Assembly: GCA_041687695.1 (NCBI GenBank) | Contig: JAWLBL010000001.1 | Span: forward strand, 177,710 to 241,709 | DNA: 64,000 nt | Source: Myxococcota bacterium | GTDB taxonomy: Bacteria; Myxococcota_A; UBA9042; PHBI01; JAWLBL01 | Direction of reading: 5' to 3' | Part shown: one piece after another, positions 46,352 to 56,191 of the stretch | How the letters are laid out: each line of letters opens with the position of its first letter | Numbering within the stretch: position 1 is the stretch's first letter | Position numbers and translations under genes: made by a program | Notes under the pieces: model-generated | What the model saw: only the letters and a program-made list of their open reading frames with translations | Database searches by the model: none | What the model was told of the DNA's origin: nothing

Positions 46352-48133
46352 TCAGCGCGACGGCGGGGCGTCGTCCTCGGGGCGCTCGAGGCCGACGACG
46401 TGGTAGGTGGTGGCGTCGGTCTGGTAGGCGTGGACGCGCAGCGGGTTGCCTCGCTCCTTGCCGCTCTGGCCGGCGAAGACGTCGATGACGTGGTAGGCGG
46501 GACGCTGCTCGCTGGCGCCGGCGACCTGCGGCAGCAGCAGGCAGACCTCCTCGCCCAGGCGCCGCGCCACCGGCAGCCGGCCCTGCGGGGCCAGGCCGCG
46601 GCCGGCCCACGCGTGGGCCTGGTAGACGCGCTGGGTCGGGTCGACGACGCGGCCGAAGACGGCGAGATCGCGCAGGCACAGCATCGGCGCGCCCTCGGGG
46701 GACGGGCCCAGCGTGGGGCGCGCCAGCGGCGAGACGACCGACAGCCAGCGCCGCAGCAGCTTGTCGCGCCGGCCGATGAGGATGCGCTTCAGCTCGTCGG
46801 GCAGCACGCCCTCGGGCAGGCGCGCCTGCGCGACCAGGGCCTCGACGTGGGCGTCGGTGAACTCGGCCAGGATGCGCGCCGCCCAGGCGCCGTCGCGCTC
46901 GCTGATGCGCGAGAAGGCCGGGTTCGGGTACTCGTTCTTCCAGTCCTCGGGGTCGAAGGTCTCGACGTCGAAGTAGCCCCAGATCTCGCCGGACGGGCCG
47001 AACTCGGCCTGGTCCCAGGGCCGCACCGCGAAGCCCAGGGTCACGACGTCGGTCAGGATGTCCAGCGGGTCGAAGATGTAGCTGTGCCCGTGGCGCCGCG
47101 ACAGGCGGTCCCAGGCCCACAGGCTGCCGAAGCTGTCGCCGAAGTCGACGAAGTTGTGCCGCACGTGCCCGGCGACGGCCGCGTCTTCGGGGGCGTCCTC
47201 TGGCAGCGGCTCCTCGATGAACATCGACAGCGTGTTCTGCTCGCGCGAGTCGAAGTGGTTGACCCAGGCGGCGAACAGGTAGGCGCCGCGCAGCTCGCGG
47301 CGGTTCTCGTGGGGGACCACGTCGTTGGGGTCGTCCTTGCGGACGCCCTGGTAGGTCCACGGCCCCAGGGGCTTGCCCGGCAGAAAGAGGCTGGCCATCG
47401 CGCGGTAGCGGCCGTCGGGCATGCGGGTCGCCTTGGACAGCACCTCCTCCAGGTCCTTGGCGTCGAAGGGGACCTTGCGGCCGGTCGGCAGCTCCTTGTC
47501 GGCGTCCTCGGCGATGCGCAGGATGCCCCGGTCGAAGTAGACGACGTTGTTGCAGGGCGCCCAGTAGCCGGCGGCGTGATAGATGCGCGAGACCACCGCG
47601 TCGCCCGAGGTCGCGCGGAACTCCTGCACGTTGCCGTCGAATTTCACGAGATAGCGCCGCCCGTCGGCCATCTTCGCCTGAAAGCCCGGGTTCTCGCCGT
47701 CGGGCTTGCCGCCGACGATGGTCCAGGGGCCCTCGGTCTCGGGCGGCGGGCCCTCGCAGGGCCCCTCGGCGACCTCCTCGGGGCTCATCGGCGCGCGGCT
47801 CATGCGGTTGACGAACCAGCTGGAGTCGGGGACCTCGTCCCAGGCGTTCACGTTGACCGACTCCGCGCCGTAGTCGACCGACAGCAGGCGCGTGGTCGGC
47901 CGGGCCAGGCTCTGGTCCAGGAAGTCCCACACGAAGGGCGAGTAGTACTCCTCGGGCGGCGGCGTGAACGGGGTCTGGTCGGGGTCCTGCCACATCGGCT
48001 CCTTCAGCGGAAAGGGCCGCAGCTCGGAGCCGCCGCAGCCGGCGGACGAGGCGAGGACGAGCAGGGCGAACAGGCCCCGAGCGAGGGCGCGGCCGGCCCG
48101 CGGGGCGAGGTGGTGCGCGCGATCAGAACGCAA
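46352..48133 (-). CDS. Lipoprotein of unknown function with atypical-kinase-like motifs
   Basis: Lipobox-like ASSAGC; GGKPDGENPG, YLVKFD, WVNHFDSREQN and VDFGDSFG motifs. Confidence 0.7.
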   Translation of the reverse strand: MRSDRAHHLAPRAGRALARGLFALLVLASSAGCGGSELRPFPLKEPMWQDPDQTPFTPPPEEYYSPFVWDFLDQSLARPTTRLLSVDYGAESVNVNAWDEVPDSSWFVNRMSRAPMSPEEVAEGPCEGPPPETEGPWTIVGGKPDGENPGFQAKMADGRRYLVKFDGNVQEFRATSGDAVVSRIYHAAGYWAPCNNVVYFDRGILRIAEDADKELPTGRKVPFDAKDLEEVLSKATRMPDGRYRAMASLFLPGKPLGPWTYQGVRKDDPNDVVPHENRRELRGAYLFAAWVNHFDSREQNTLSMFIEEPLPEDAPEDAAVAGHVRHNFVDFGDSFGSLWAWDRLSRRHGHSYIFDPLDILTDVVTLGFAVRPWDQAEFGPSGEIWGYFDVETFDPEDWKNEYPNPAFSRISERDGAWAARILAEFTDAHVEALVAQARLPEGVLPDELKRILIGRRDKLLRRWLSVVSPLARPTLGPSPEGAPMLCLRDLAVFGRVVDPTQRVYQAHAWAGRGLAPQGRLPVARRLGEEVCLLLPQVAGASEQRPAYHVIDVFAGQSGKERGNPLRVHAYQTDATTYHVVGLERPEDDAPPSR

Positions 48134-49490
48134 AGCTGCTCCCCAGGGTCAGGCGGAAGTTCTCGATGGCGCCGCCGTCCTCGAAGGGCTCGGTGCCCCA
48201 GGCGAACAGGACGGCGAAGCTGGGCGACTGCATGTCGGGCGTCTCGAAGCCGAAGCCGAAGGAGGCGCGCAGCAGCCCCAGTTCGAAGTCCTCGAGGTGG
48301 GCGCCGAAGACGTTGCCGACGGCGCCGTGCAGCGAGGCGTCGAGCCAGGTCCAGATGGGCCACTGGTACTTGAGCATGGCGACCGCCGCGCTGCGGCCGA
48401 CCAGGCGGCGGCTGGGGAAGCCGAACAGGCGCTCGTTGCCGCCCAGGGTGATGAGCTCGGTGAAGGGCACGGGCGTGTCCCCCAGCGGATCGGCGAAGTC
48501 GGCCGACAGGGCGAGGCTCAGGACCCGCTCGCGGTAGACGTCGAGCATCCCTACGACGGCGGCGCCGTAGCGGGCCCAGGGCTCGACCGGGGCGGCCGAC
48601 AGGTCGAAGGACACGCTGCCGTAGGCCTCGGCGCGCACGCCGCTGCCGGCCGCGGGCCGGGCCTGCCGCGAGTCGAGGACCACCGAGAACCTGGGCGACA
48701 GGGCCGTGTAGCCTTCGTCGAAGCCGTAGGGGATGGGGAAGGCGCCCGTCTCCGACTGCGCGCGCAACGACGGCTCCTCGCAGCAGGTCGTGCTCTGGAA
48801 GGACAGGCGCGCCAGCTCGACCGAGCCGCGGACGAAGCTGCGGCCGGCCAGGACCTCGCGGACGCCCAGCTCGCCCGACAGGCGGTGCTCGCCGAAGCGC
48901 GACAGGTCCTCTTCGCGGCTGCGCGGGCCGAGGCCGGCGAAGATGCGGTCGGGGCGGTACCACCAGCGGGCGGTCGCGTCGAAGCTGGTGCCGTTGCCGG
49001 GCCAGTAGGTGTCGGTGAGGGCGAGGTCGTAGGAGTCGATGAAGCCGGCCAGGGTCGCGCGGGCGGTCAGGTTGTTGCCCGGGACCAGGAAGTCGTCGGC
49101 CCAGACGTAGGCGCCGTAGCGGCTCAGCGGCGAGCCGCCGCCGAAGTCGAGGGCGACGATGGGCACGAAGCCGGTCCGGAAGTCGTCGTCGGCGCCGGAG
49201 GTGAAGGCCTCGAGCAGCTTGGGGACGAAGCGCTTCTCCTCGACGGTGGTGAAGGCCCAGGCGGTGGGGCGCCGCAGGCCGTACTCGGCGACGGCCCACA
49301 GGGGGAAGAGCGCGGCGCGTGGGACCCATAGGGCCACGTCCGAGGTGGAGGTGGGCGCGGGGCCGCGGCCGTCGTAGTCGGGCACGGCGCGCTTGGGTGG
49401 GGCGGCGCTGCCGGTGCTGGCGCAGCCCGCGGCGGCCAGCGCGACGAGGAGCGACAGGGCGAGGTGGAGGGCGAGGGGCTTGATACGCAC
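48123..49490 (-). CDS. BamA/TamA (Omp85)-like outer-membrane beta-barrel
   Basis: Signal ending AAAGC; LGGNERLFGFPSRRLVGR (loop-6 VRGF-like); alternating beta strands; terminal Phe. Confidence 0.75.
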   Translation of the reverse strand: MRIKPLALHLALSLLVALAAAGCASTGSAAPPKRAVPDYDGRGPAPTSTSDVALWVPRAALFPLWAVAEYGLRRPTAWAFTTVEEKRFVPKLLEAFTSGADDDFRTGFVPIVALDFGGGSPLSRYGAYVWADDFLVPGNNLTARATLAGFIDSYDLALTDTYWPGNGTSFDATARWWYRPDRIFAGLGPRSREEDLSRFGEHRLSGELGVREVLAGRSFVRGSVELARLSFQSTTCCEEPSLRAQSETGAFPIPYGFDEGYTALSPRFSVVLDSRQARPAAGSGVRAEAYGSVSFDLSAAPVEPWARYGAAVVGMLDVYRERVLSLALSADFADPLGDTPVPFTELITLGGNERLFGFPSRRLVGRSAAVAMLKYQWPIWTWLDASLHGAVGNVFGAHLEDFELGLLRASFGFGFETPDMQSPSFAVLFAWGTEPFEDGGAIENFRLTLGSSFAF

Positions 49491-49500
49491 TATGGCAGCG

Positions 49501-50967
49501 TCAGGCTTCCGGTAGGGACGGCTCGAGGCGACCCGGCACCGGCGGCCGGGGCGACGTCCGCTCGGGGCGGGCGGGGGGGCGGTCGCCGGAGGCGGGCTCG
49601 GTGAGCGCGGCGCGGCGCCGGTACTCGCGGCCGATGGCCCAGACGACGCCCAGCCAGACCAGCGTGAGGGCGAAGTTGAAGGCGATGAAGCCGCGGGTCG
49701 TGAAGGCCAGGAGCGAGCCGAGGGCGACCACGCCGGCGCTCAGGACGTCACCGATGCGGACGAAGAAGGTGTCGATGACGACCTTGGCCTTGTACTTCTT
49801 GTCGCGGGTGGTCACGAGGAACAGCGCGTGGCGCACGGTATTGTACAGTGAGTAGTCCGTGCCGTTCTCGAGGACCTTGGCGACCATGATGACGGTCAGC
49901 GCCGGCGCGGCGAAGAGGACCGCGTAATTGCCGAGCACGATGAGGGGCAGCAGGAACAAGGCGATGCGCACGCCCAGGTACTTGAGGATGCGCGAGACGA
50001 GGAAGAGCTGGATGACGAGGACGGTGAGGTTGACCCAGCCGAAGAACTCGGCCTTGAACTCACCGATGTAGCCCTCGACCGTGACGCCGGCGCCCAGGGC
50101 GGCCTCGCGCTCGGCGACGTCGACCAGGACGCGGTCCAGGATGTACTCGCCGGTGGTGTTGACCCAGTTGAGGATGAGGAGGAGGGCGGCGACGAGGGCC
50201 AGGTAGCGGTCGCGCCAGACCAGGGCGAAGCCGCCGGCGGACCGGGCGGGCGCGGCGGCGGCGCTGGGGCCGGGCGCGGCGGAGGGTGGCGCGTCCTCGG
50301 CGGGCGCCTCGGGGCGCGGGGTGCGGTCGACGGCGGGGCTGCGGCGGTGCACGAGCCAGGTCAGGCCGAGGCAGGCGACCAGGACGCCGGCCGACAGGGG
50401 CATGAGCAGGAAGGGGCCGAGCGGCTCGATGAGCAGGCGGGCGATCCAGGCGCCCGCGACCGCGCCCAGGGCGCTGCCGGCGCCGACGATGGCGAACAGC
50501 CGCTTGCCCTGCTCCTCGGTGTAGACGTCGTTGGCGAAGGACCAGAACTGCGCGACGACGAAGACGTTGAAGATGCCGACCCACAGGAAGAAGGCGATGC
50601 CCAGTGGCACTTCGAAGGCGGCCAGCGCGTAGAACACGAGCAGATTCGAGGCGAAGAACAGGGTCGTCCAGGTGATGAGGCGCATGCGGTCGACGCGCGC
50701 GAACAGCCGGTCGTAGGCCTTGACGAAGAAGATGAGCAGCAGGGCCTGTCCGGCCGCGGAGTAGCTCTTGATCTCGGCGCCGCCGCCGCCGGCGAGGATG
50801 AGCGGCTCGCGCACGACCTTGAGGACGTAGTAGGCGGCGAGGAGGAGGAAGACGTTGGCCGCGAGGACGAGCGCGGAGAAGACCTCGTGCGGCCTGACGT
50901 CGGCGAAGAGCCCTAGGAGCTTGGCGACGCGCTCGCGCGCGGCTCCACGGGGCGCCAATGGGGTCAT
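49501..50967 (-). CDS. NTT/TLC-family (ATP/ADP-translocase-like) transporter
   Basis: YYVLKVVREPL, AQFWSFANDVYTEEQGKRLFAIVGAG and KYKAKVVIDTFFVRIGD motifs. GGGAGG before ATG 50967. Confidence 0.88.
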   Translation of the reverse strand: MTPLAPRGAARERVAKLLGLFADVRPHEVFSALVLAANVFLLLAAYYVLKVVREPLILAGGGGAEIKSYSAAGQALLLIFFVKAYDRLFARVDRMRLITWTTLFFASNLLVFYALAAFEVPLGIAFFLWVGIFNVFVVAQFWSFANDVYTEEQGKRLFAIVGAGSALGAVAGAWIARLLIEPLGPFLLMPLSAGVLVACLGLTWLVHRRSPAVDRTPRPEAPAEDAPPSAAPGPSAAAAPARSAGGFALVWRDRYLALVAALLLILNWVNTTGEYILDRVLVDVAEREAALGAGVTVEGYIGEFKAEFFGWVNLTVLVIQLFLVSRILKYLGVRIALFLLPLIVLGNYAVLFAAPALTVIMVAKVLENGTDYSLYNTVRHALFLVTTRDKKYKAKVVIDTFFVRIGDVLSAGVVALGSLLAFTTRGFIAFNFALTLVWLGVVWAIGREYRRRAALTEPASGDRPPARPERTSPRPPVPGRLEPSLPEA

Positions 50968-51209
50968 ACGACCTCCCGCGACGGTGCTTCGTCGTGGCGG
51001 TGGCTCGCCGGGGCGCCCGCGGCCTCGCGGCTGAGCCGGGGCGCGGACGAGGCGACCGCCGTATACGGGGTGCTGGGGGGTCCACCGAGGAGCATGCACG
51101 CTCCCCCGTGGCGGGTCACGGTTCGAGGCGACAACGGGTCATGGAGATGTCACACGGCGGCGCGTCGAGGCGATGGCCATGGACGTAGGCCGGCGGTAAG
51201 CTGCTCCGT

Positions 51210-52235
51210 ATGGTCGACGCGCATCGGGCCTTCGAACGGCTGCTGCAGCTGACGCGGACGCTCACCGAGGAGCTGCCGCTCGAGGCGGCGCTGCAGGAGG
51301 TGACCGACGCGGCGCTGGCGCTGGTGCCGGGCGACCACGCGTCGCTGCGGCTGCTGGACGACTCGCGGTCGCTGCTGGTGTCGGGTGCCCGGTCGGGCGA
51401 GGGGATGGACCAGCGCCCGATGGCCTTCCGGCCGGGTGAGGGGCTCATCGGCTGGGTGGTCGAGCGCGGGCAGTCGGCGCGCGTGGGCGACGCGGCGGGC
51501 GACCCGCGGTTCGTGCGCGACGGCGAGCAGGGGTTCTCGATCGCCTCGCTGCTGGCCGTGCCGATGTGGTCGGGGGGGCGCGTCATCGGGGTGCTGTCGG
51601 TCAGCTCGGCCCGAGGCGAGGCGTTCGCGCCCGAGCACGAGCTGACGGCGCAGGTGCTGGCGAACTGCGCGGTGCCGCCCATCGAGCGGGCGCGCCTTCT
51701 GCGGCTGTCGCAGACCGACCACCACACGATGGCCTTCAACCAGGGCTATCTGATGCCGCGCCTGAGCGAGGAGATGGCCCTCGCGCGGCAGTGGACGCGG
51801 CCGCTGGCCTACCTGCTGATGGATCTCGACCACTTCAAGCAGGTCAACGACACGTGGGGGCACGCGGTGGGCGATCGCGTGCTGCGCGAGTTCGCCGACC
51901 GGATGCGGGCGCTGGTGCGGCGCCAGGACGTGTTCGTGCGGCGTGGCGGTGAGGAGTTCTCGCTCATCATGCCGGGCACCGGGCTGCGCGAGGCGGCGGC
52001 GGTGGCCGAGCGCATCCGGGCGACGCTGGCGGCGCACCCGGTGGCGCTGCCGGACGGGTCGACGCGGGTGCAGACCGCGTGCATCGGCGTGGCCGTGTGG
52101 GACGGGGCCGAGTCGCCGGACGCGCTGGACCAGCGCGCCGACGCGGCGATGTACCGGGCCAAGGGGGGCGGGCGCAACCGCGTGGAGGTCGACGGGCGGG
52201 CGCGGGCCGGGGGCAAGGCGCCGGGCCAGGTCTGA
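51210..52235 (+). CDS. GAF-GGDEF diguanylate cyclase
   Basis: GEGLIGWV..SLLAVPM GAF domain; DLDHFKQVNDTWGH, RRQD I-site and GGEEF. Confidence 0.9.
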   Translation: MVDAHRAFERLLQLTRTLTEELPLEAALQEVTDAALALVPGDHASLRLLDDSRSLLVSGARSGEGMDQRPMAFRPGEGLIGWVVERGQSARVGDAAGDPRFVRDGEQGFSIASLLAVPMWSGGRVIGVLSVSSARGEAFAPEHELTAQVLANCAVPPIERARLLRLSQTDHHTMAFNQGYLMPRLSEEMALARQWTRPLAYLLMDLDHFKQVNDTWGHAVGDRVLREFADRMRALVRRQDVFVRRGGEEFSLIMPGTGLREAAAVAERIRATLAAHPVALPDGSTRVQTACIGVAVWDGAESPDALDQRADAAMYRAKGGGRNRVEVDGRARAGGKAPGQV

Positions 52236-52240
52236 CGGCG

Positions 52241-53197
52241 TCAACGGGCGGGCTCGGGGTCACCGGGTCGCGACAACGGGCCGCGGCGGACGCGGACGGC
52301 GTGGCGTGACGGCTCGAGGCCGCCGCCGTGGCGGCGCGCCCAGACCTGGGTCAGCTCGGCGCCGAAGAAGAAGACCTGCGACGAGTAGTACAGCCAGAGC
52401 ATGAGCACGAAGAAGGAGCCGGCGGCGCCGTAGACGGAGCCGACGGAGACGTGCGCGAGCCACAGGCCGATGAGGAGCTTGCCGAGGGCGAAGAGCACGG
52501 CGCTGACGAAGGCGCCGCGCCAGACGTCGCGCCAGGCGATGCGGACGTCGGGCAGGACCTTGAAGACCACCGCGAAGAGCACGGTGGCGAGGCCGATGGA
52601 GACCAGGAAGCTGGCGGCGCGGAAGAGGACCTCGGAGGCGGGCAGCGCCTGCCCGAAGCGCAGCTCGGCCGCGCGGAGGGCCGCCTCGCTGAGGATGAGC
52701 GCGACGAGCAGCAGGCCGATGAGGACGATGAGCACGAAGGAGACCAGGCGCTTGGCGACGATGCCCACGACGGCGCCGCGCAGGTGGCGCGCCGGGCGCG
52801 GGGTGACGTTCCAGATCTGGTTCAAGGCCGCCTGCAGCTGCACGAACAGGCGCGAGGCGGCGTAGAGGATGGCGGCGCCGCTGATCACGGTCGCGACGAG
52901 GCCCTCGCCGCGGTCGCTGACCCCCTCGAGCAGGGCGCTGACGACGGCGGCCGCCGCGGGGCCGAGCTCGGTCTCGAGGGCGAAGACGACCTGCGCGCGG
53001 GCGGTGTCCTCGCCGTAGACGAGGCCGGCGATGGCGACGGCGAGCAGCAGGACCGGGGCGATCGACAGCAAGGCGTAGAACGCCAGGGCGGCGGCCATGA
53101 GGGCGCCGCGGTCCTGCGAGTAGCCGGTCAGGATCTCGCGGAACATCGAGCCGCGGCCGTCGGGCCGGGCGTCGTCGGGGCGAGCGTCGGAGTCCAT
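52241..53197 (-). CDS. YihY / virulence factor BrkB family membrane protein
   Basis: AAALAFYALLS, ALNQIW and YGAAGS..LWLYYSSQVFFFGAE motifs. Confidence 0.92.
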   Translation of the reverse strand: MDSDARPDDARPDGRGSMFREILTGYSQDRGALMAAALAFYALLSIAPVLLLAVAIAGLVYGEDTARAQVVFALETELGPAAAAVVSALLEGVSDRGEGLVATVISGAAILYAASRLFVQLQAALNQIWNVTPRPARHLRGAVVGIVAKRLVSFVLIVLIGLLLVALILSEAALRAAELRFGQALPASEVLFRAASFLVSIGLATVLFAVVFKVLPDVRIAWRDVWRGAFVSAVLFALGKLLIGLWLAHVSVGSVYGAAGSFFVLMLWLYYSSQVFFFGAELTQVWARRHGGGLEPSRHAVRVRRGPLSRPGDPEPAR

Positions 53198-53325
53198 GCA
53201 CCACCTGGGGCACCGACGCAGGGGCCGACCGGGCCGGGGCGCCTGAGTCGAGAGGGCGCGGCGCGGGGCGCGTGCGTCGGATGGGATGGGGGCAGGATGA
53301 CCCGAGGACGACGCGAGCGCGAGCT

Positions 53326-55098
53326 TCAGGGCGGCGAGAGCTCGGCGACGGCGGCCGTCAGCTCGTCGCGCAGGCACGCGTTGCAGTCGGCGCGGCCGTC
53401 GCGGCCGCAGCCGGAGCGGACGCCGTCGACGACGCGCAGGACGTCGAGGGCGCGGGGCTCGCGCAGGGCGCGCAGGGCGCGCAGCAGGACGAGGCGGTCC
53501 TCGCAGGTCGCCGCGGCGCGGAGCTCGACGGAGAGGCGGTTCCAGGGCTCGAGGTGCTCGAGGCGGCCGGTCTCGGCGAGCAGGGCGCGGGCGCGCTGGC
53601 GCACGACGGCGCGCGGGTCGAGGCGGGCCAGCTCGGCGAGGCGCTCGGCGGCGGTCGGGGCGAGGTGGGCGACGACGAGGGCGCGGGCGGCGTCGAAGAT
53701 CTCGCCGCGGGGCGACTGCAGGTGGTGGAGGACGGCGCCGAGGAGGGCGCCGTCGGCGGCGTAGTCGGGCTCGAGGCGCAGGGCGTGGGCGTAGGCGTCG
53801 AGCTCGTCGCGCCAGGTGCCGGCGGCGGCGTGGGCGAGGCCCAGGTGGTAGTGGGCGTGCGGGTTGGAGGGGGTGGCGTCGCGGAGGGCGCCCAACATGA
53901 GGACGGCGGGCTGCGGGTGGCCGGCGGCGAGGCTGGCGAGGGCCGGCTGGACGTCGGGGCGGGCGGCGAAGGCGTCGCGGGCGGCGAAGAGGCGGGCGCG
54001 GCGGGCGGCGAGGGCGCCGGAGTCGCGGTGGAGGGCGAAGCTGGGCGGCGGCGCGGCGACGTCGGAGGCGGCGGGTGGGGCGGCCGGCGGGGGGGCGTCG
54101 GTCGGGGCGAGCACGAGGCCGGCGGCGCCCAGGGCGCACACGGCGGCGGCGGCGGCGATGAATCGGAGGCGGTGGCGGGCGACGGCGGGCCGGGGGGAGG
54201 ACGGCGGGGGGCCGGCCCAGGCGGCCAGGAGGGCCTCGCGGGCGGCCTCGGCCGAGGGGAAGCGATCGTCGCGGCGCTTGGCGAGCAGCCGGGCGACGAG
54301 GGGCTCGAAGGCCTCGGGCAGGGAGAGGTCCGGGGCGGCCTCGCGCAGGGTCGGCGGCGGGCGGGTCAGGTGCAGGCCCAGGAGATCGTAGGCGTCGGGG
54401 GCCTCGAAGGGCAGGCGACCCGTGAGCAGCTCGAAGGCCATGACGCCCAGCGAGTAGAGATCGGCGCGTGCGTCGACCTTGCCGCCGGTGGCCTGCTCGG
54501 GGGCCATGTATTCGGGGGTGCCGTAGATGACGCCGACGCGGGTCAGCCGGGGCGCGGCGGCCTCGGCGTCGACCATGGCGACGCCGAAGTCGAGGATCTT
54601 GACGTGATCGGCGAAGCCGTCGCGCTCCGTCAGCATCACGTTCTCGGGCTTGAGATCGCGGTGGACGACCCCGAGGGCGTGGGCGGCGGCGAGGCCGGCG
54701 AGGACCTGCTCGAGGATGGGCGCGGCGCGGTCGACCGGAAGGCGGCGCTCGCGGCGCAGGACGTGCTCGAGCGTCTCGCCCTCGAGCAGCTCCATGACCA
54801 GGAAGGAGGCGCCCGCGTCGGTGCGGCCGTAGTCGACGGCGGCGCAGACGTTGGGGTGATCGATGCGACCGGCGGCTTGCGCCTCGCGCTGCAGACGCGC
54901 CACCATCTCGTCGTGTGCCGCCGAAGCGATGGTCGCGTGCAGCAGCTTGAGCGCGAACTGCTTGTGCATGAGCAGGTGCTCGACGCGCACGACGGTGCCC
55001 ATGGCGCCCGACCCCAGCGGCCCGAGCACCCGATAGCGGCCCGCCACGACCGTCCCGGCCGGCAGGGGCGTGTCAGCCGTGAGCTCCCCGTGCGACAA
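53326..55098 (-). CDS. Hanks-type Ser/Thr protein kinase with a TM helix and a TPR/HEAT-like C-terminus
   Basis: GSGAMG, ALK, HRDLKPEN, DFG, GTPEYMAPE and DLYSLG motifs. Confidence 0.93.
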   Translation of the reverse strand: MSHGELTADTPLPAGTVVAGRYRVLGPLGSGAMGTVVRVEHLLMHKQFALKLLHATIASAAHDEMVARLQREAQAAGRIDHPNVCAAVDYGRTDAGASFLVMELLEGETLEHVLRRERRLPVDRAAPILEQVLAGLAAAHALGVVHRDLKPENVMLTERDGFADHVKILDFGVAMVDAEAAAPRLTRVGVIYGTPEYMAPEQATGGKVDARADLYSLGVMAFELLTGRLPFEAPDAYDLLGLHLTRPPPTLREAAPDLSLPEAFEPLVARLLAKRRDDRFPSAEAAREALLAAWAGPPPSSPRPAVARHRLRFIAAAAAVCALGAAGLVLAPTDAPPPAAPPAASDVAAPPPSFALHRDSGALAARRARLFAARDAFAARPDVQPALASLAAGHPQPAVLMLGALRDATPSNPHAHYHLGLAHAAAGTWRDELDAYAHALRLEPDYAADGALLGAVLHHLQSPRGEIFDAARALVVAHLAPTAAERLAELARLDPRAVVRQRARALLAETGRLEHLEPWNRLSVELRAAATCEDRLVLLRALRALREPRALDVLRVVDGVRSGCGRDGRADCNACLRDELTAAVAELSPP

Positions 55099-55330
55099 CC
55101 CGCGCCCCCTCCATGCGTGGCCCCGAACGCTTCGCCTCGTCGCGGCGGAGGGGCTCGGGGGGCGGCGACGCTAGCACCGCGCCGCACGGACGGTCAAAGC
55201 CTCGGACGCGAGCCGATGCAATCCACGAGCGCCCGTCGATTGGCCCCCCGCGCGTCGAAGGCGCGTCCCGGTCTTGTAACCGGTCTCCGGCGTCGCCAAA
55301 CTCTGCCGGTTTCGATGGAGGTCTGCCAGC

Positions 55331-56119
55331 GTGTCCTCGAGCTCCCCGGCGCGTATCGATCGGCGCGAATACAAATACCTCATCGACGAGGACACCGCCG
55401 CGCGCGTCCGCGAGGCCATCGCCCCCTTCTGCGTGCTCGACGGCTTCGCCGAGGCGCGCGCCGACCGGCGCTACATCATCGACAGCCTGTACTTCGACAC
55501 CCCCGACCTGCGCCTGTTCCGCGCCAACGAGCACGAGGTCGCCGATCGCTTCAAGGCCCGCGCCCGCACCTACCCCGAGAGCGCCACGGCCCCGGTCTTC
55601 TTCGAGATCAAGCGCCGCATCGGCGACGTCATCGCCAAGACGCGCGGCCGCGTGTCGCGCGACCACTGGGCCGAGGCGCTCGAGCGCGCGCGCGTGCCCC
55701 AGGACGACCGCTGCCCACCCCGCGACCGCCCCGCCGTCGAGCGCTTCTTCGCGCTCGCCTGGCGCTACCACCTGCGCCCGGTCGTGCTCGTCCGCTACGA
55801 GCGCGAGCCCTGGATGAGCGTCATCGACAGCTACGCCCGGGTGACCTTCGACTATCACGTCCGCAGCCAGGCCATCGATCGCCTGACCTTCGACCACGCG
55901 CCGAACGCCTGGCGCGCCTCCGACCACCCCGAGGCGAGCCGGGCGGACCGCTCGCTCATCATCCTCGAGCTGAAGTTCACGACCCACGTCCCGATGTGGC
56001 TGGTCCACATCGTCGAGCGTTTCGACCTGTGGCGTCAGTCGTTCTCCAAGTACGGCACCTCGGTCCAGGCGTGGCACCTCCCCGCGTCGCTGAGGACCTC
56101 GCCCAGGCTCGCCACGTAG
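55331..56119 (+). CDS. VTC-domain polyphosphate polymerase (CYTH/TTM fold)
   Basis: RREYKY, SLYFDT, FKARARTY, FFEIK, YERE, RVTFD, ILELK and FSKY motifs. GGAGG upstream. Confidence 0.9.
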   Translation: MSSSSPARIDRREYKYLIDEDTAARVREAIAPFCVLDGFAEARADRRYIIDSLYFDTPDLRLFRANEHEVADRFKARARTYPESATAPVFFEIKRRIGDVIAKTRGRVSRDHWAEALERARVPQDDRCPPRDRPAVERFFALAWRYHLRPVVLVRYEREPWMSVIDSYARVTFDYHVRSQAIDRLTFDHAPNAWRASDHPEASRADRSLIILELKFTTHVPMWLVHIVERFDLWRQSFSKYGTSVQAWHLPASLRTSPRLAT

Positions 56120-56191
56120 CCCAAGGCGCGTGCCCCCCTCCCGCTCCCCCACCGCTGCCCCGGGCCCAGGTCGCCCGACGGAGCCTCCCCC

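Noticed and set aside
55275..55294. ECF-sigma promoter (TGTAAC...CGTC) upstream of the VTC gene
   Set aside because: Spacing between the elements is only about 10 nt, which is too short.
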